Of a DNA stretch of 64,000 nucleotides, positions 12,273 to 23,037 are shown in pieces. Made by a program: the position numbers and the translations under genes. This DNA comes from an uncultured Gammaproteobacteria bacterium. GTDB taxonomy: Bacteria; Pseudomonadota; Gammaproteobacteria; Steroidobacterales; Steroidobacteraceae. Below the pieces are notes generated by a model, which saw nothing but the letters and a program-made list of their open reading frames with translations, made no database searches and had not been told where the DNA came from. The stretch is taken from contig CAVVDL010000010.1 of NCBI GenBank assembly GCA_963747035.1, positions 1,851-65,850 of the forward strand, read 5' to 3'. Numbering within the stretch: position 1 is the stretch's first letter; each line of letters opens with the position of its first letter.

Positions 12273-14270
12273 CAGTAGTTCGTGCTGATGCCGACCAGGT
12301 GGTAGGCGATCGCAACCCAGGCGCAGATCGCCGTCGCGAAGACGAGCGCGACCGCCCAGATCTTGCCGAGCCAGCGCTTGTTCGCCTTCCACACGACCGA
12401 CAGGTGCCAGAGCGCGAGCACGAGGCCCGCAAACACGGCGATCGTGCCGAACACGTGCACGAGCAGGACCAGCCAGTCGAGCCGGTCCGACAGCAGCTTG
12501 AGGTCGGCGAACATCGCGAGGATGGTGCCGATCCAGCCGCCCATGGCCGCGAGCGAGAGCAGCGCGCCGATGCGGCCCCAGCGGTAGGCCTTCGCCTCAC
12601 GTCCGGTATACGGCAGGGGCTTGCGGTAGCGGCGGCGCACGAGCGCCGCGACCGGCCAGAAGATCACGGTGAGCGCGAGCACGACGAGGCTCGCGACCGC
12701 CGCCGGCATCAGCCAGCCGACACCCTTCGCGCCGGAGGAGCGTTCCATGTACATGAACGGCGAGATCCACTCGGGTGCGAACCGCACGACCCGGCCGTCC
12801 TTGACCTCGGCGGCGAGCCGGCCCTTGCCGTCCACCTCGCGCCAGACGTAGGGCTGGATTTCGCGCCACTTCGTCGGCTCGCCATTGAGGTCCTTCAGCA
12901 CCGGGAAGGAAATCGTCCCGTCCTCGTTGACCGAGACTTTCACCGGCTGCAGCAGGTTGAGGACGCTCATGAAACTCGTTTCGGCGCGGCGCGAGCTGAT
13001 GTAGCTGCCCGCGATCTCGGCGGCATGCGCCTTCGCGGTCGCCTCATCGACCTTGCCTTCCTGCGCCGGGCCCGGGAAATAGCGGTCCGCGAAGCTGCGG
13101 TAGAACGCCTCGCGCAGCGGCCCCACGGCGCCTTCCTTGCCGGCGCTGCTGAACGAGATGAAGTAGCCGACGCCGTCGTCGACGAACAGGTGCAGGTCGC
13201 TGTGGAAGTACTGCGTGTCGCCGCCGTGGGAAATGATGCGGTGGCCGTTGGTGCTCGTCTCGTAGAACCCGAGCAGCATCCGGTTGACGTTCGGGAGGAT
13301 CGTGAGCGGCGTGCCGTGCATCTTCTTCGCGGTTTCCTCGGAGAGGATGCGCTGGTCGCCGAACGCGCCATTCTGCAGGTGCGCGATCATGAACTTCGCC
13401 ATGTCGGCGCCGGTGGCCGCGAGCGCGCCCGCGGGCGCGAGGTTGATCAGCTCGTAGCCCTGCGGCTTGCCGGTGGCGTTCTCGTAGCCATTCGCCATGC
13501 CGGCCATGAGCGATTGCGGCAGCGGCTGCCGAAACGAGGAATGAGCCATTCCCAGTGGGGAGAAGATGTGCTGGTCGAGGTAGTCGTCGAAGGTCTGGCC
13601 CGAGACGCGCTCGACGATGTAGCCGGCGAGGCCGGTCGCGTAGTTCGAGTAGGCGGGCATCGTGCCGGCCTTGAAGATGCGGACCGGCACCCAGCGCTTG
13701 ACCGTGGCGCCGAGCGGCACGAGCCTGGAAGGATCCTCGGAAATCAGCTCCTTGACCGCTTCCTCGAACCCGGCGGTGTGCGTCATGACGTCGCGCATGC
13801 GGATCGGCTCGCCGTCCGGGCCGGGCGGAATCTTGAAATCGAGGTACTGGTTGATGTCGGCGTCGAGGTCGATCTTGCCTTGCTCCACCAGCTGCATGAC
13901 CGCGGTCCAGGTGAAGAGCTTTGAAATCGAGCCCGGGCGGAACAGCGTCGCCTCGGGGTCGACCGGCTTCTTCTTCTCGACGTCGGCGTAGCCGAAGCCC
14001 TTCTCGAGCAGCACCTGGCCGTCCTTCACGACCACGACGACGCCGCCCGCGATGTTGCCCTTCGCGATCGCGAAGGGGATGAAGCCGTCGAGCCAGGCTT
14101 CGAGGTCCGCGCGGTTCAGCTGCGGGCCGGCCGGCGTTTCGAGCGGCGGCGGGTGCCACGGTCGCGGGAGGCGTAGCAGCCGCCTTCGCTGACGGCGGCA
14201 CCTGCGCGAACGCAGCAGCCGAGAGGAGGCAGGCAGACAGAAATGTCGCGATCGGAGAATAGACGCGCAT
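12272..14270 (-). pseudogene. serine hydrolase (beta-lactamase fold) with a C-terminal 4-TM membrane anchor (one frame break near 14145)
   Basis: The signal peptide MRVYSPIATFLSACLLSAAAFAQ is in the frame of ORF 13044..14270. The body is ORF 12272..14035, with SxxK (SISK), YSN and four hydrophobic helices in the last ~150 aa. The junction reads VAP|PPLETPAGPQLNRADLEAWLDGF. Confidence 0.75.
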
Positions 14271-14303
14271 GCGTAAGTCCCGGGTGGTTATCCTGATAAG
14301 GTC

Positions 14304-14333
14304 ATGGTAGTCCTAATTGGAGAATGACGTCAA
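14304..14333 (-). promoter_or_regulatory. sigma70-type promoter for the serine hydrolase-epimerase operon
   Basis: Minus-strand reading: TTGACG (14333-14328), 18 nt, TACCAT (14309-14304), about 34 nt upstream of ATG 14270. The spacer carries ATTCTCCAATTAGGA, a 14/15 match to the spacer of the 11236-11263 promoter. Confidence 0.45.
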
Positions 14334-14353
14334 AGGGTGCCTCGCCGTAAAAT
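14324..14353 (+). promoter_or_regulatory. candidate promoter of the XRE-cupin regulator (would give a leaderless mRNA)
   Basis: TAAAAT at 14348-14353 ends 6 nt before ATG 14360, and there is no Shine-Dalgarno. A -35-like ATGACG lies at 14324-14329 (18-nt spacer) inside the palindrome TGACGTCA (14325-14332). Confidence 0.4.
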
Positions 14354-14359
14354 CAGGGC

Positions 14360-15037
14360 ATGACACCCACCAAGCCGCACCGGCCGACGCTCGGAAGCCT
14401 CCTGCGTGGCCTGCGCCTGCGAAATCACTGGACGCTCAAGGAGATGAGCGAGCGCACCGGCATCCCGCTCTCGACGCTTGCGAAGGTGGAGCACGACCGG
14501 CTCACGCTGACCTACGACAAGCTGCTCCAGTTGAGCCAGCGCCTGAACCTGCGCATGTCCGATCTTTTCAGCGAGGCGGACGGGGCAGCCGATGCGCCCA
14601 TCACGGCGCGCCGCTCCATCGGGCGGCTGTCCGACGCGATCCGCGTCAACACGCCGAACTACGAATATTTCTACATGTGCCCGGAGCTGCGCCGCAAGCG
14701 CATGGTGCCGACCGTCACCCGGATCCGCGCGCGCAGCGTCGAGGAGTTCGGCGAGCTCGTCCATCATCCGGGCGAGGAGTACATCTACGTGCTCCAGGGC
14801 CCGGTCGAGATCCACACCGAGTTCTACGAGCCGATCCTGCTGCAGACGGGCGAGTCCATCTACATCGACAGCACGATGGGTCATGCCTACGTCGCGCCGA
14901 AGGGGCACGACGAGGCGCTGGTCCTCGGCGTCTGCTCGAGTGCGGAAGACGGCCTCATGGAATCGCTGATGACGCTGCACAGCGACCAGCCGCGGGCCAA
15001 GGCGAAGAATGCTAAGCGGCTGACGTCGAAACGCTGA
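14360..15037 (+). CDS. XRE-family HTH transcriptional regulator with a C-terminal cupin domain
   Basis: 225-aa intact ORF. The N-terminal HTH reads LRGLRLRNHWTLKEMSERTGIPLSTLAKVEH. The C-terminal cupin-like part reads HHPGEEYIYVLQGPVEIH..GESIYIDSTMGH. Confidence 0.85.
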   Translation: MTPTKPHRPTLGSLLRGLRLRNHWTLKEMSERTGIPLSTLAKVEHDRLTLTYDKLLQLSQRLNLRMSDLFSEADGAADAPITARRSIGRLSDAIRVNTPNYEYFYMCPELRRKRMVPTVTRIRARSVEEFGELVHHPGEEYIYVLQGPVEIHTEFYEPILLQTGESIYIDSTMGHAYVAPKGHDEALVLGVCSSAEDGLMESLMTLHSDQPRAKAKNAKRLTSKR

Positions 15038-15903
15038 GCGCGCGCCGGAACGTCTGCCAGTCGCGGATGTTCCAGTCGATGATCAGGAATCCGAGCACCC
15101 AGACGATCTCGTCCCAGAAGTACAGCACCTGGTCCTTGGAGCCCCAGTACGCGGCGATCGCGAGGATGAGCGCGTAGAGCGCGATCTTGCCGCGTTCGAG
15201 TCGGAGCGCGCGCTCCGTCGCTGCGGGAGCCCGCATGCTGCAGGCGCACGATCGCCTCCGTTGCAAACACGATGAGGAGCCAGGCAACACTCTCGACGAG
15301 GTCGGTCCAGGCGAGGATCGTGCCCTCCGCAAGCCCGGCCCGGTCGGTGAGCACCGCATCATCGCTGAGTGCGAAGAATTCGGGACCCTTGCCGATCGTC
15401 CTGCAGTTGTCCGCCGTGATGTCGATGTAATCGCGGTTCCGCAGGAAGCTCCAGTCGCCGGCGTAGGCGCAGACGTCCGCGGCCGCGGGCAGCTTCCTGG
15501 GATGGTGGAATTCGCTGAGCGCGATGTCGTAGGAAAAACTCGTGTGCAGGATCGCGACATAGCAGACGAGCCGCACGCCCTGGACCAGCCGCTTCGTGAG
15601 GCCGGTCCAGTCGCGATCCACGAGCACATAGGTCTCGAGCTCGAAGAGCAGGATCAGCGCGAACCAGGCGACCAGGTCGATCGAGGTGACGTAGGCCGCG
15701 AGGATCTCGAGCAGGTCCGACTTCGCGTCCAGCACGTAGTGCGCGTACTCGATGTCCTGGACGAGATAGAGGATGAAATCGACGAACAGCAGCGCGTAGA
15801 CGGTCCACTTGAACCGTTGGCGCCAGGGGCTCACGGGGTCCGGCGAATCGCGGCGTTCAATGTCGTAGGATGATAGCCAACTCGGGGGATCAACCGCATG
15901 CAA
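15012..15903 (-). pseudogene. hypothetical polytopic membrane protein (one frame break near 15225; start uncertain)
   Basis: Several hydrophobic helices (WTVYALLFVDFILYLV, IDLVAWFALILLFELETYVL, VAWLLIVFATEAI) lie in the frame of ORF 14887..16062. The tail ..KIALYALILAIAAYWG..VWVLGFLIIDW.. lies in ORF 15012..15629. I recognise no family. TTG 15903 is only a candidate start. Confidence 0.45.
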
Positions 15904-17944
15904 CGCCCACGCATCGCCTGGCTCGCCGTCCTCGCGCTCTTCGCGCCGCTCTCGCAGGCCGCCGAATCGGTCGCCGCGCCGCCGGTCGAGAGCTGTCCCG
16001 ACAACGCGAGCGCAAGCCGCGCCTACTCGTTCTTCCTCGCGGGCAACCGCGCGGGCTACCACCTCGAGTGCCGCATGCCGGACGGCTCGGGCCTCTATAT
16101 CTTCGAGTTCAACGACCGCGGCCGCGGCCCCTCGGTCCGTTCGCGCATCGTGCAGGACGCGGCCGGCATCCCGACCGTGATCACGGTCGACGGCAACGAC
16201 TATCTCAAGAACGAAATCGCAGAGCGCTTCTCGGTCGAGAAGGGCAAGGCCGCCTGGAAGAACAAGGTCGAGCAGGGCGACGCGGAATCTCGAGGCGCCT
16301 GCGTTCTACCTGAGCCAGTCGGGCACGCCGGCGGAGCTGCCGATGCTCGCGAAAGCCGCGTTCGCGGCGCCGGGGCACAAGTTGCCGCTCCTGCCCTCGG
16401 GCGAGGCGCGCGTCGAGGCGCTCGACGTGCGCACGGTCCGGAATGGCGATGCATCGAAGCAGGTCCAGCTCTACGCGGTCTACGGCCTCGGCTACCAGCC
16501 GACGACGGTGTGGCTCGACGACAAGGGCGAATTCTTCGCGAGCCTCGACAGCTGGGTCGTGATGGTGCCGGAAGGCTGGGAGCCGGTGGCGCCGGAACTC
16601 CTCGAGATACAGGAAGCGCGGCTGACGGCGCTGCGCAGCGAGCAGGCAAGGCGCCTGCGCCAGGTTCCGGCCGGCCCGGTCCTCATCGAACACGCGAATC
16701 TCTTCGATGCCGAGGCGCGCGTGATGAAGCCGGGCAGCAGCGTTCTCCTCGAGGGCAACCTGATCCGCGCCGTCGGCGCAGACGGATCTTTCCCGGTGCC
16801 GGAAGGCGCATCGCGCATCGACGCCGCGGGACGCGCGCTCGTGCCGGGCCTCTGGGACATGCACAGCCACCCGGAACCGTCCGATGGCCTGCTGCTGCTC
16901 GCCGCCGGCGTGACCGGCGTGCGCGACATGGCGGCGGAGCCCGCCAAGCGCGAGCGCATGAAGACCTGGGAGAGCGACACGCTCGGGCCGCGCATCGTGT
17001 ACGCGGGCATCGTGGACGGGCCCGGCCCGTTCCAGGGCCCGACGCAGGTGCTCGTCGCGAACGAAGCCGAGGCGCGCGCCGCGGTCGACGCCATGGCGGA
17101 CGCCGGCTTCATCCTCGTCAAGATCTACAGCTCGGTGAAGCCCGAGCTCGTGCCCATTCTCGTGGACGAGGCGAGGAAGCGCGGCCTTCGCGTCGGCGGG
17201 CACATCCCGGCCGGGATGACGGCGGAGCGCGCGGTGCGCGCCGGGTACAACGAAATCCAGCACATGAACATGCTGTTCCTCAACTTCATGTTCGACCAGG
17301 TGCCGGATACGCGCACCCCGGCGCGACTGACCGCGGTCGCCGAGCACGCGGCGGAGCTCGACTTCAATGACCCGAAGACGAAGGACTTCGTCGCGCTGCT
17401 CGTCGCGAAACACATCACGGTGGACCCGACGCTGCAGGTCTTCGAGAACCTGATCCTCGACCGCGCCGGCGAGATGGCGACCGCCTACAAGCCCATCGCG
17501 GACCGGCTGCCGCCGGTCGTGCGCCGCGGCCTGCTCGAGGGCGGGCTGCCGGTGACGGCTGACAAGGAGAAACGCTATCAGGATTCCTTTGCCGCGATGC
17601 TGCACATGCTGACCGTGCTGCACGACGCCGGCGTGCCCATCGTCGCGGGCACGGACGGGAGCGGCTTTGCGCTCATCCGCGAGCTCGAGCTCTACGTGAA
17701 GGCGGGCATCCCGGCGCCCGAGGTGCTGCAGATGGCGACGCTCGGCGCCGCACGCGCGGCGGGGCAGGGCGAACGCCTCGGCTCGATCGCGCCGGGCAAG
17801 CTCGCCGACCTCATCCTCGTGGACGGCGACCCGAGCACGGATCCCGGTGCGCTTCGTAACCTGCGCCTCGTCGTGAAGGACGGCGTGCCGATCGATCCGG
17901 AGGCGATGTGGCGCGAACTCGGGATCCAGCCGCTGCCGAAGTGA
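15898..17944 (+). pseudogene. secreted amidohydrolase-family protein with an N-terminal extra domain (one frame break near 16287)
   Basis: The signal peptide MQRPRIAWLAVLALFAPLSQA is in ORF 15898. The rest is ORF 16343..17944, with the metal motif PGLWDMHSHP and a C-terminal GTDGSG..GSIAPGKLADLILVDGDP. The junction reads GDA.NLEAPAFYLSQSGTPAELPMLAK. Confidence 0.75.
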
Positions 17945-17968
17945 GGACCGGGCTGGTGCGCGCGCCGC

Positions 17969-19187
17969 TCAGGCGAGCAGGTTCAGGAACAGCGTGATGA
18001 TGAGCGCGTTCGTGAAGTCGATGAAGAACGCGCCGACGATCGGCGCGACGAGGAACGCGCGCGGCGCGGGACCATAGCGCTCGGTCAGCGCGCGCATGAC
18101 GGCCATCGCATTCGCGGTCGTCCCCAGCATGAAGCCGATGAACCCGCCGCTCATCACGGCCGCTTCGTAATTGCCCCCCATCAACCGGAACACCGGGCCC
18201 GCGGCGGCGAGCGCCGCGATCACGACCTGCACCACGAGGATCGCGAGGAGCGGCAGCACGAGGCCCGGTCAGTTCCCAGAGCTTCAGCGTCATGAGCGCC
18301 ATGACGAGGAACAGGGTCAGCGACACGATCCCGAACGTGTTGATGAAACGATGCGAGAGGCTGAACCAGCCGGTCGCGTTGTCGATGTTGCGGATGACGG
18401 CCGCGACCAGCATCGCGCCGATGTAAGCGGGCAGCGTCATGCCGAGCGCGGCGAATCCCTTGCTGACCCAGAAGCCGATCCACATGGCGACCAGGATCGC
18501 GACGAGGTTCTTGATGATCGGCCATTCGTCGTCGTCCTCCTCCGACGCGGTGACCCGTGTCGTGACTTCGGCCTCGAAGAGTTCGATCTCGCCGGTTCCG
18601 CTCCCGGGGCGTCGCGGCGTCCTGAGGTTCCTGCGCTCGACCAGGACCGTGCTGACCGGGCCGCCGACCAGGCCGCCGAAGACGATGCCGCCGATCGCGA
18701 CCGCGATCGCGACGGAGGATGCTCCGGCGACGCCCGCCTGCTCGAAGAGCGGCGCGAAGGCGAGGCCCGTCGCAGGACCTCCTGTCAGCGTGACGGAGCC
18801 CGCGAGCACGCCGAAGAGCGGGTGCAGGCCGAATGCGATCGCCATCAGCATGCCGACGACGTTCTGCAAGACCGCGAACACGGTCGCGGCCAGGAAGAAA
18901 CGCAGCACCTGCGGCCCGCCGATCTTGAGGAGCGACAGGCTCGCGCCGAAGCCGATCGTCGTGAAGAAGGCGATCATGAGCGGGCTCTGCAGCGTCGTAT
19001 CGAACGTCACGAGCGTGACGCCCTGGCCGCGCGCGATCAGCACCGCGACCGCGACGAGCAGCCCGCCGAGCACGGGCGCCGGCAGGTTGTAGCGGCCGAG
19101 GACCGGGACGAGGCGCCGGAGCCAGTGCCCGAGGAGGAGCGCGACGCCCGCGAAGGCGAGCGTCTGTACGAAATCTAGTTCAAACAC
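17969..19187 (-). pseudogene. gltS: sodium/glutamate symporter GltS (one frame break near 18262)
   Basis: A GTG start sits 7 nt after AGGAG. The sequence aligns along its length with my memory of E. coli GltS (..GSVTLTGGPATGLAFAPLFE.., ..LFLVMALMTLKLWEL.., ..LVAPIVGAFFIDFTNALIITLFLNLL). The C-terminal 96 aa are in ORF 17969..18259. Confidence 0.8.
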
Positions 19188-20406
19188 CGATCGAGCTCCT
19201 GCATCAGGCGATCCACCTCGTCCTTCGACGTGTAGTGCACGAACGAGACAGCGGACGGCGCCATCCTCGGTGTCGATGCCGAGCGCCTGGATCAGCCGGT
19301 ACGCGTAGAAGTTGCCGACGCCGACACCGAGCCGCGCAGCGGCGAGCCGCGCCGCGACGTCCGCCGAGCTTTGTCCCTTGACCGTGAAGGAGACGGTCGG
19401 CGCCCGCTCGGCGGCGCGCGTGCGGCCGATCAGCCGCACTTTCGGGTGCTTCACGAGGAAATCGAGCAGCGGCTGCAGGAGTGCCGTCTCGTGCGCGCGG
19501 AACAGGTCGCGCACGGCCGCGGCGCGCGACTCGACCGGCTTGCCCTGCTGGCCGTGGCGGTCCGCGATGGCGTCCATGTAGTCGAGGACGCCGTTGACGG
19601 CGGCGATCTGCGCGTGGTCGGGGCCGGCCGGCGTGAACCGCGCGCCCGGCTTGCCGTCGTTGAAGAAATGGCCCTGGTTCGGCAGCGCCGCGTTGACCTC
19701 GCGCCGCAGGAACATCGTGCCGAGGTGCGGGCCGTACACCTTGTACAGGGAGAAATAGTAGGCGTCGACGCCCAGCGCCGCGAGGTCCGGCATGCCGTGC
19801 GGCGCGAACGCGACGCCGTCCACGAACGCCCAGGCGCCGGCCCGGTGGGCGAGATCCGTGAACTCCCGGACCGCGTTGATGCTGCCGACGACATTCGAGC
19901 AGTGCGTGAATGCGACGAGCTTCGTGCGCGGGCCGAGCAGCGCCTCGAGGCCCTGGCGCTCGAGCTCGGCGGTCTCGGGGTTGATCTTCCATTCACGCAC
20001 CGTGATGCCGTCCTCCGCCAGGCGCGAGTAGGCGCCGACGTTCGCCTCGTGGTCCTGGTTCGTCACGATGACTTCGTCGCCCGCCTTCAGGTGGCGCCGC
20101 AGCGCCTGCGCGAGCACGATAGGTGTTCTGCGACGTCGAGGGACCGAAGTGGATTTCGTCCTTGCCGACGTTGAGCCAGGCCGCCATGCGGGCCTTGGCC
20201 GCATCCATCTGCTCGCCCGCCGTGGCGGAGGCGGCGAACGCGTAGTAGGGCTGGACCTTGGTCTGCCGGTAATAGCGGTCGAGCCAGCCGATCGTCTGCC
20301 CCGCGGCATAGGATCCGCCGGCATTCTCGAAGTGCGCAAAACCCGCAAGCGTCGGCTCGCGGAATGCCGGGAACTGCGCGCGGACGAAATCCAGGTCCAG
20401 GTTCAT
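19175..20406 (-). pseudogene. class-V (fold type I) PLP-dependent aminotransferase / desulfurase-like enzyme (two frame breaks, near 20118 and 19240)
   Basis: The N-terminus is in ORF 19993..20406. The core is in the 845-aa ORF frame (..VTNQDHEANV..FTHCSNVVGSINAV..DAYYFSLYKVYGPH..). The last residues SFVHYTSKDEVDRLMQELDRCLN* are in a third frame. Its stop at 19175 overlaps the gltS start by 13 nt. Confidence 0.7.
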
Positions 20407-20488
20407 GAACGGGCCTCCCTTGATGGCCCCGGGATCATCACTCGCAGGTCCGACCCTGTAAACTAATGGCTTGTGAATGCGTCAAAGG

Positions 20489-20513
20489 ACGGGGCCACTG
20501 GGCCCCGTTTTTT
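20489..20513 (+). terminator. intrinsic-terminator-like hairpin inside the 5' leader of the S15 hydrolase gene (possible attenuator)
   Basis: ACGGGGCC-actg-GGCCCCGT followed by TTTTT, ending 24 nt before ATG 20538. There is no plus-strand gene upstream for it to terminate. Confidence 0.5.
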
Positions 20514-20537
20514 GATGCCCGTTCCCGGAGAAGCCGC

Positions 20538-22453
20538 ATGACGATCGCCCGCCATCTCGTTCACGCTGCCCAAGGTCCTCGCGCTCGGACTCCTGGTCTC
20601 AGGCCAGGCCACCGCACAGTCGACCGCGCCGGCCTTCACGCCGAAGACGGACGAGTTCGACTTCGTCAAGCGCGAGGAGATGATCCCGATGCGCGACGGG
20701 GTGAAGCTCAAGACCTTCATCCTCGTGCCGAAAGGCGCCTCGGGCGCGCCCATGCTCCTGTCGCGCACGCCGTACAACGCCTCGAGCAGCGTCGCGCGCT
20801 TTGCGAGTCCGCACCTCGCGTCCGTCGTGCCGCAGATGTTCGACACCGCGGTCGCCGCCGGCTACATCATCGTGATCCAGGACGTGCGCGGTAAGTACGG
20901 CTCCGAGGGCGACTACGTCATGACGCGCCCGCTGCGCGGTCCCTACAACCCGACGGCGACCGACCATGCCACGGATACCTGGGACACGATCGACTGGCTC
21001 GTCAAGAACGTGCCCGAGAGCAATGGCCGCGTCGGCACGACCGGCGGTTCCTACGGCGGGTTCACCACCCTCATGTCCACGATCCATCCGCACCCGGCGC
21101 TCAAGGTCGCGGTGCCGTTCGCGCCCATGGTGGACGGCTGGATGGGCGACGACTGGTTCCACAACGGCGCCTTCCGGCAGGACGGCTCGCTCGAGTACAC
21201 CTACGAACAGGAAGCGAGCCGCAAGAACGAGCTGCCGTGGTGGACCGGCAACTACGACACCTATGAGTTCTACCTGCGCGCGGGCAATGCCGGCAATCTC
21301 GCGGCCTCTCACGGCCTCGAGCAGCTCGAGTACTGGAAAGCGCTCAGCGAACACCAGAGCTACGACGACTTCTGGCAGTCACAGGCGATGGACAAGGTCC
21401 TTGCGAAGGAACCGCTCACCGTCCCGATGCTGATCGTGAGCGGCCTGTTCGACCAGGAAGACATCTACGGCGGGCCCGCGCTTTTCAAGGCGCTCGCGCC
21501 GAAGGATCCGGACGGCAGGTTCATCCACCTCGTGCTCGGTCCCTGGAATCACGGGCAGGGCCGCCGCGAGGGGCGCGGCATCGGGATGGTGCAATTCGAG
21601 GGCGACACCGCCGGCTGGTTCCGGCGCACGGTGATGCAGCCCTTCCTCGATCACTATCTGAAGGATGGGCCGCAGCCGGATACACCGCGCGTGCTCGCCT
21701 ACGAGACGGGCGCCGACGTCTGGCAGCGCTACGACAACTGGCCGCGCTCCTGCGAGAGTGGTTGCAGCGCGAAGCCGAAGAATCTTTACCTGCAGGCGAA
21801 GGGACAGCTCGGCTTCGATCGTCCGGCGGATGCGAAGCAGGCCTTCGACGAGTACCTCGCCGATCCCGCGAAGCCCGTGCCGTACCGGAACCGTCCGACG
21901 CTGAACTCCGGCGCGCGCCGAATCCACCTGGGACGAGTGGCTGATGGATGACCAGCGCCAGGCCGCCTCGCGGCCGGACGTTCTCGTCTACGAGACAGAG
22001 CCGCTTTCGGCGCCGGTGCGCGTCGCAGGCGAACCCTGGGCAAGGCTCTTCGCGTCCACGACCGGCAGCGACGCCGACTGGGTCGTGAAGATCATCGACG
22101 TGTGGCCGGCGGAATTCCCGGACAATCCGAAGCTGGGCGGTTACCAGCAGATGATTTCCGCGGACATCTTCCGCGGGCGCTATCGCGAGGACTTCTCGAC
22201 GCCGAAGGCGATCGAGCCCGGCAAGGTGCTCGAGTACCGGATCCGGCTGCCGCAGGCGAACCACACCTTCGAGCCGGGCCATCGCATCATGGTGCAGATC
22301 CAGTCGAGCTGGTTCCCGCTCTACGACCGCAATCCGCAGTCCTTCGTCCCGAACATCGTGTTTGCGCCGCCGGAGAGCTACATCAAGGCGACGCAGCGGA
22401 TCTGGCGCACGTCGGGGCAGCCTTCGGCGATCGAACTGCCGGTCATCAACTGA
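20538..22453 (+). pseudogene. CocE/NonD-family hydrolase (peptidase S15, Xaa-Pro dipeptidyl-peptidase-like), secreted (two frame breaks, near 20559 and 21920)
   Basis: GGAGA SD followed by ATG 20538. The signal peptide ..FTLPKVLALGLLVSGQATAQS is in the next frame. The core is ORF 20680..21951, with MIPMRDGVKL and the nucleophile GGSYGGF. The C-terminal beta-sandwich is ORF 21944..22453 (RPDVLVYETEPL..SSWFPLYDRNP). Confidence 0.8.
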
Positions 22454-22470
22454 GCGCGGATTGCGCATCG

Positions 22471-23037
22471 TCACAGGGGGACTGTCTCCACGATCTTCAG
22501 GCTCGCGAAAGCGAGGCCGCCGCCGAGCAGCGCGCCTGCGGCGACGTCGGTCGGGTAGTGCAGGCCGAGCACGACGCGCGAGAGCGCGACGAGGAAGGCG
22601 AATGCCGCGAGCGGTACCGCGAGCGCAGGCAGGTAGTGCGCGCCGAGGATCGCGAACGACACGGCGTGCAGCGTGTGGCCGGACGGAAAGCTGTAGCGGT
22701 CGAGCGGCGCCGCGGCGCAGCTGATCGCCGCGTGCGTGATGAACGGGCGCTCGCGCACGGCGTGCCGCTTGATCAGCTTGTAGGCGAGGAGGCCCGCGGC
22801 CCCCGTCAGCGCGAGGTGTTCGGCGGCGAACGCGCCCCCGGGCAACAGGAGCTGCGCCAGGATGAGCGCGTACCAGATCCAGCCGTCACCGAGCCGGCTG
22901 ACGCCCTGGAAAAATACGCGCGACGTCGGCAGGACGCTCGAGCGATTCAGGTACCGGCAGAAACGCAATTCCGCCTGGTCGAAATGCTGGAAGGTCGTGG
23001 CGAGCCGAAGTCCCATGTCCCGCACCTCTCGATGCAT
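22471..23037 (-). CDS. PAP2-family phosphatase (membrane)
   Basis: 188-aa intact ORF with the three PAP2 motifs KLIKRHAVRERP, PSGH and SRVVLGLHYPTD. Confidence 0.85.
   Translation of the reverse strand: MHREVRDMGLRLATTFQHFDQAELRFCRYLNRSSVLPTSRVFFQGVSRLGDGWIWYALILAQLLLPGGAFAAEHLALTGAAGLLAYKLIKRHAVRERPFITHAAISCAAAPLDRYSFPSGHTLHAVSFAILGAHYLPALAVPLAAFAFLVALSRVVLGLHYPTDVAAGALLGGGLAFASLKIVETVPL

Noticed and set aside
17811-20348. 845-aa ORF that could be read as one large fusion protein
   Set aside because: It is a chance concatenation. Its first ~80 aa are Arg/Pro-rich noise. Its middle is the core of a class-V aminotransferase. Its later part is GltS, which has its own SD and GTG at 19187. The true aminotransferase C-terminus and stop lie in another frame.
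20466-20537. ATG 20466 as the true start of the S15 hydrolase
   Set aside because: That extension would be translated through the terminator hairpin and encodes no signal peptide. ATG 20538 has a GGAGA SD and is followed, after one frame change, by a standard signal peptide. The short upstream ORF is kept only as a possible leader peptide.
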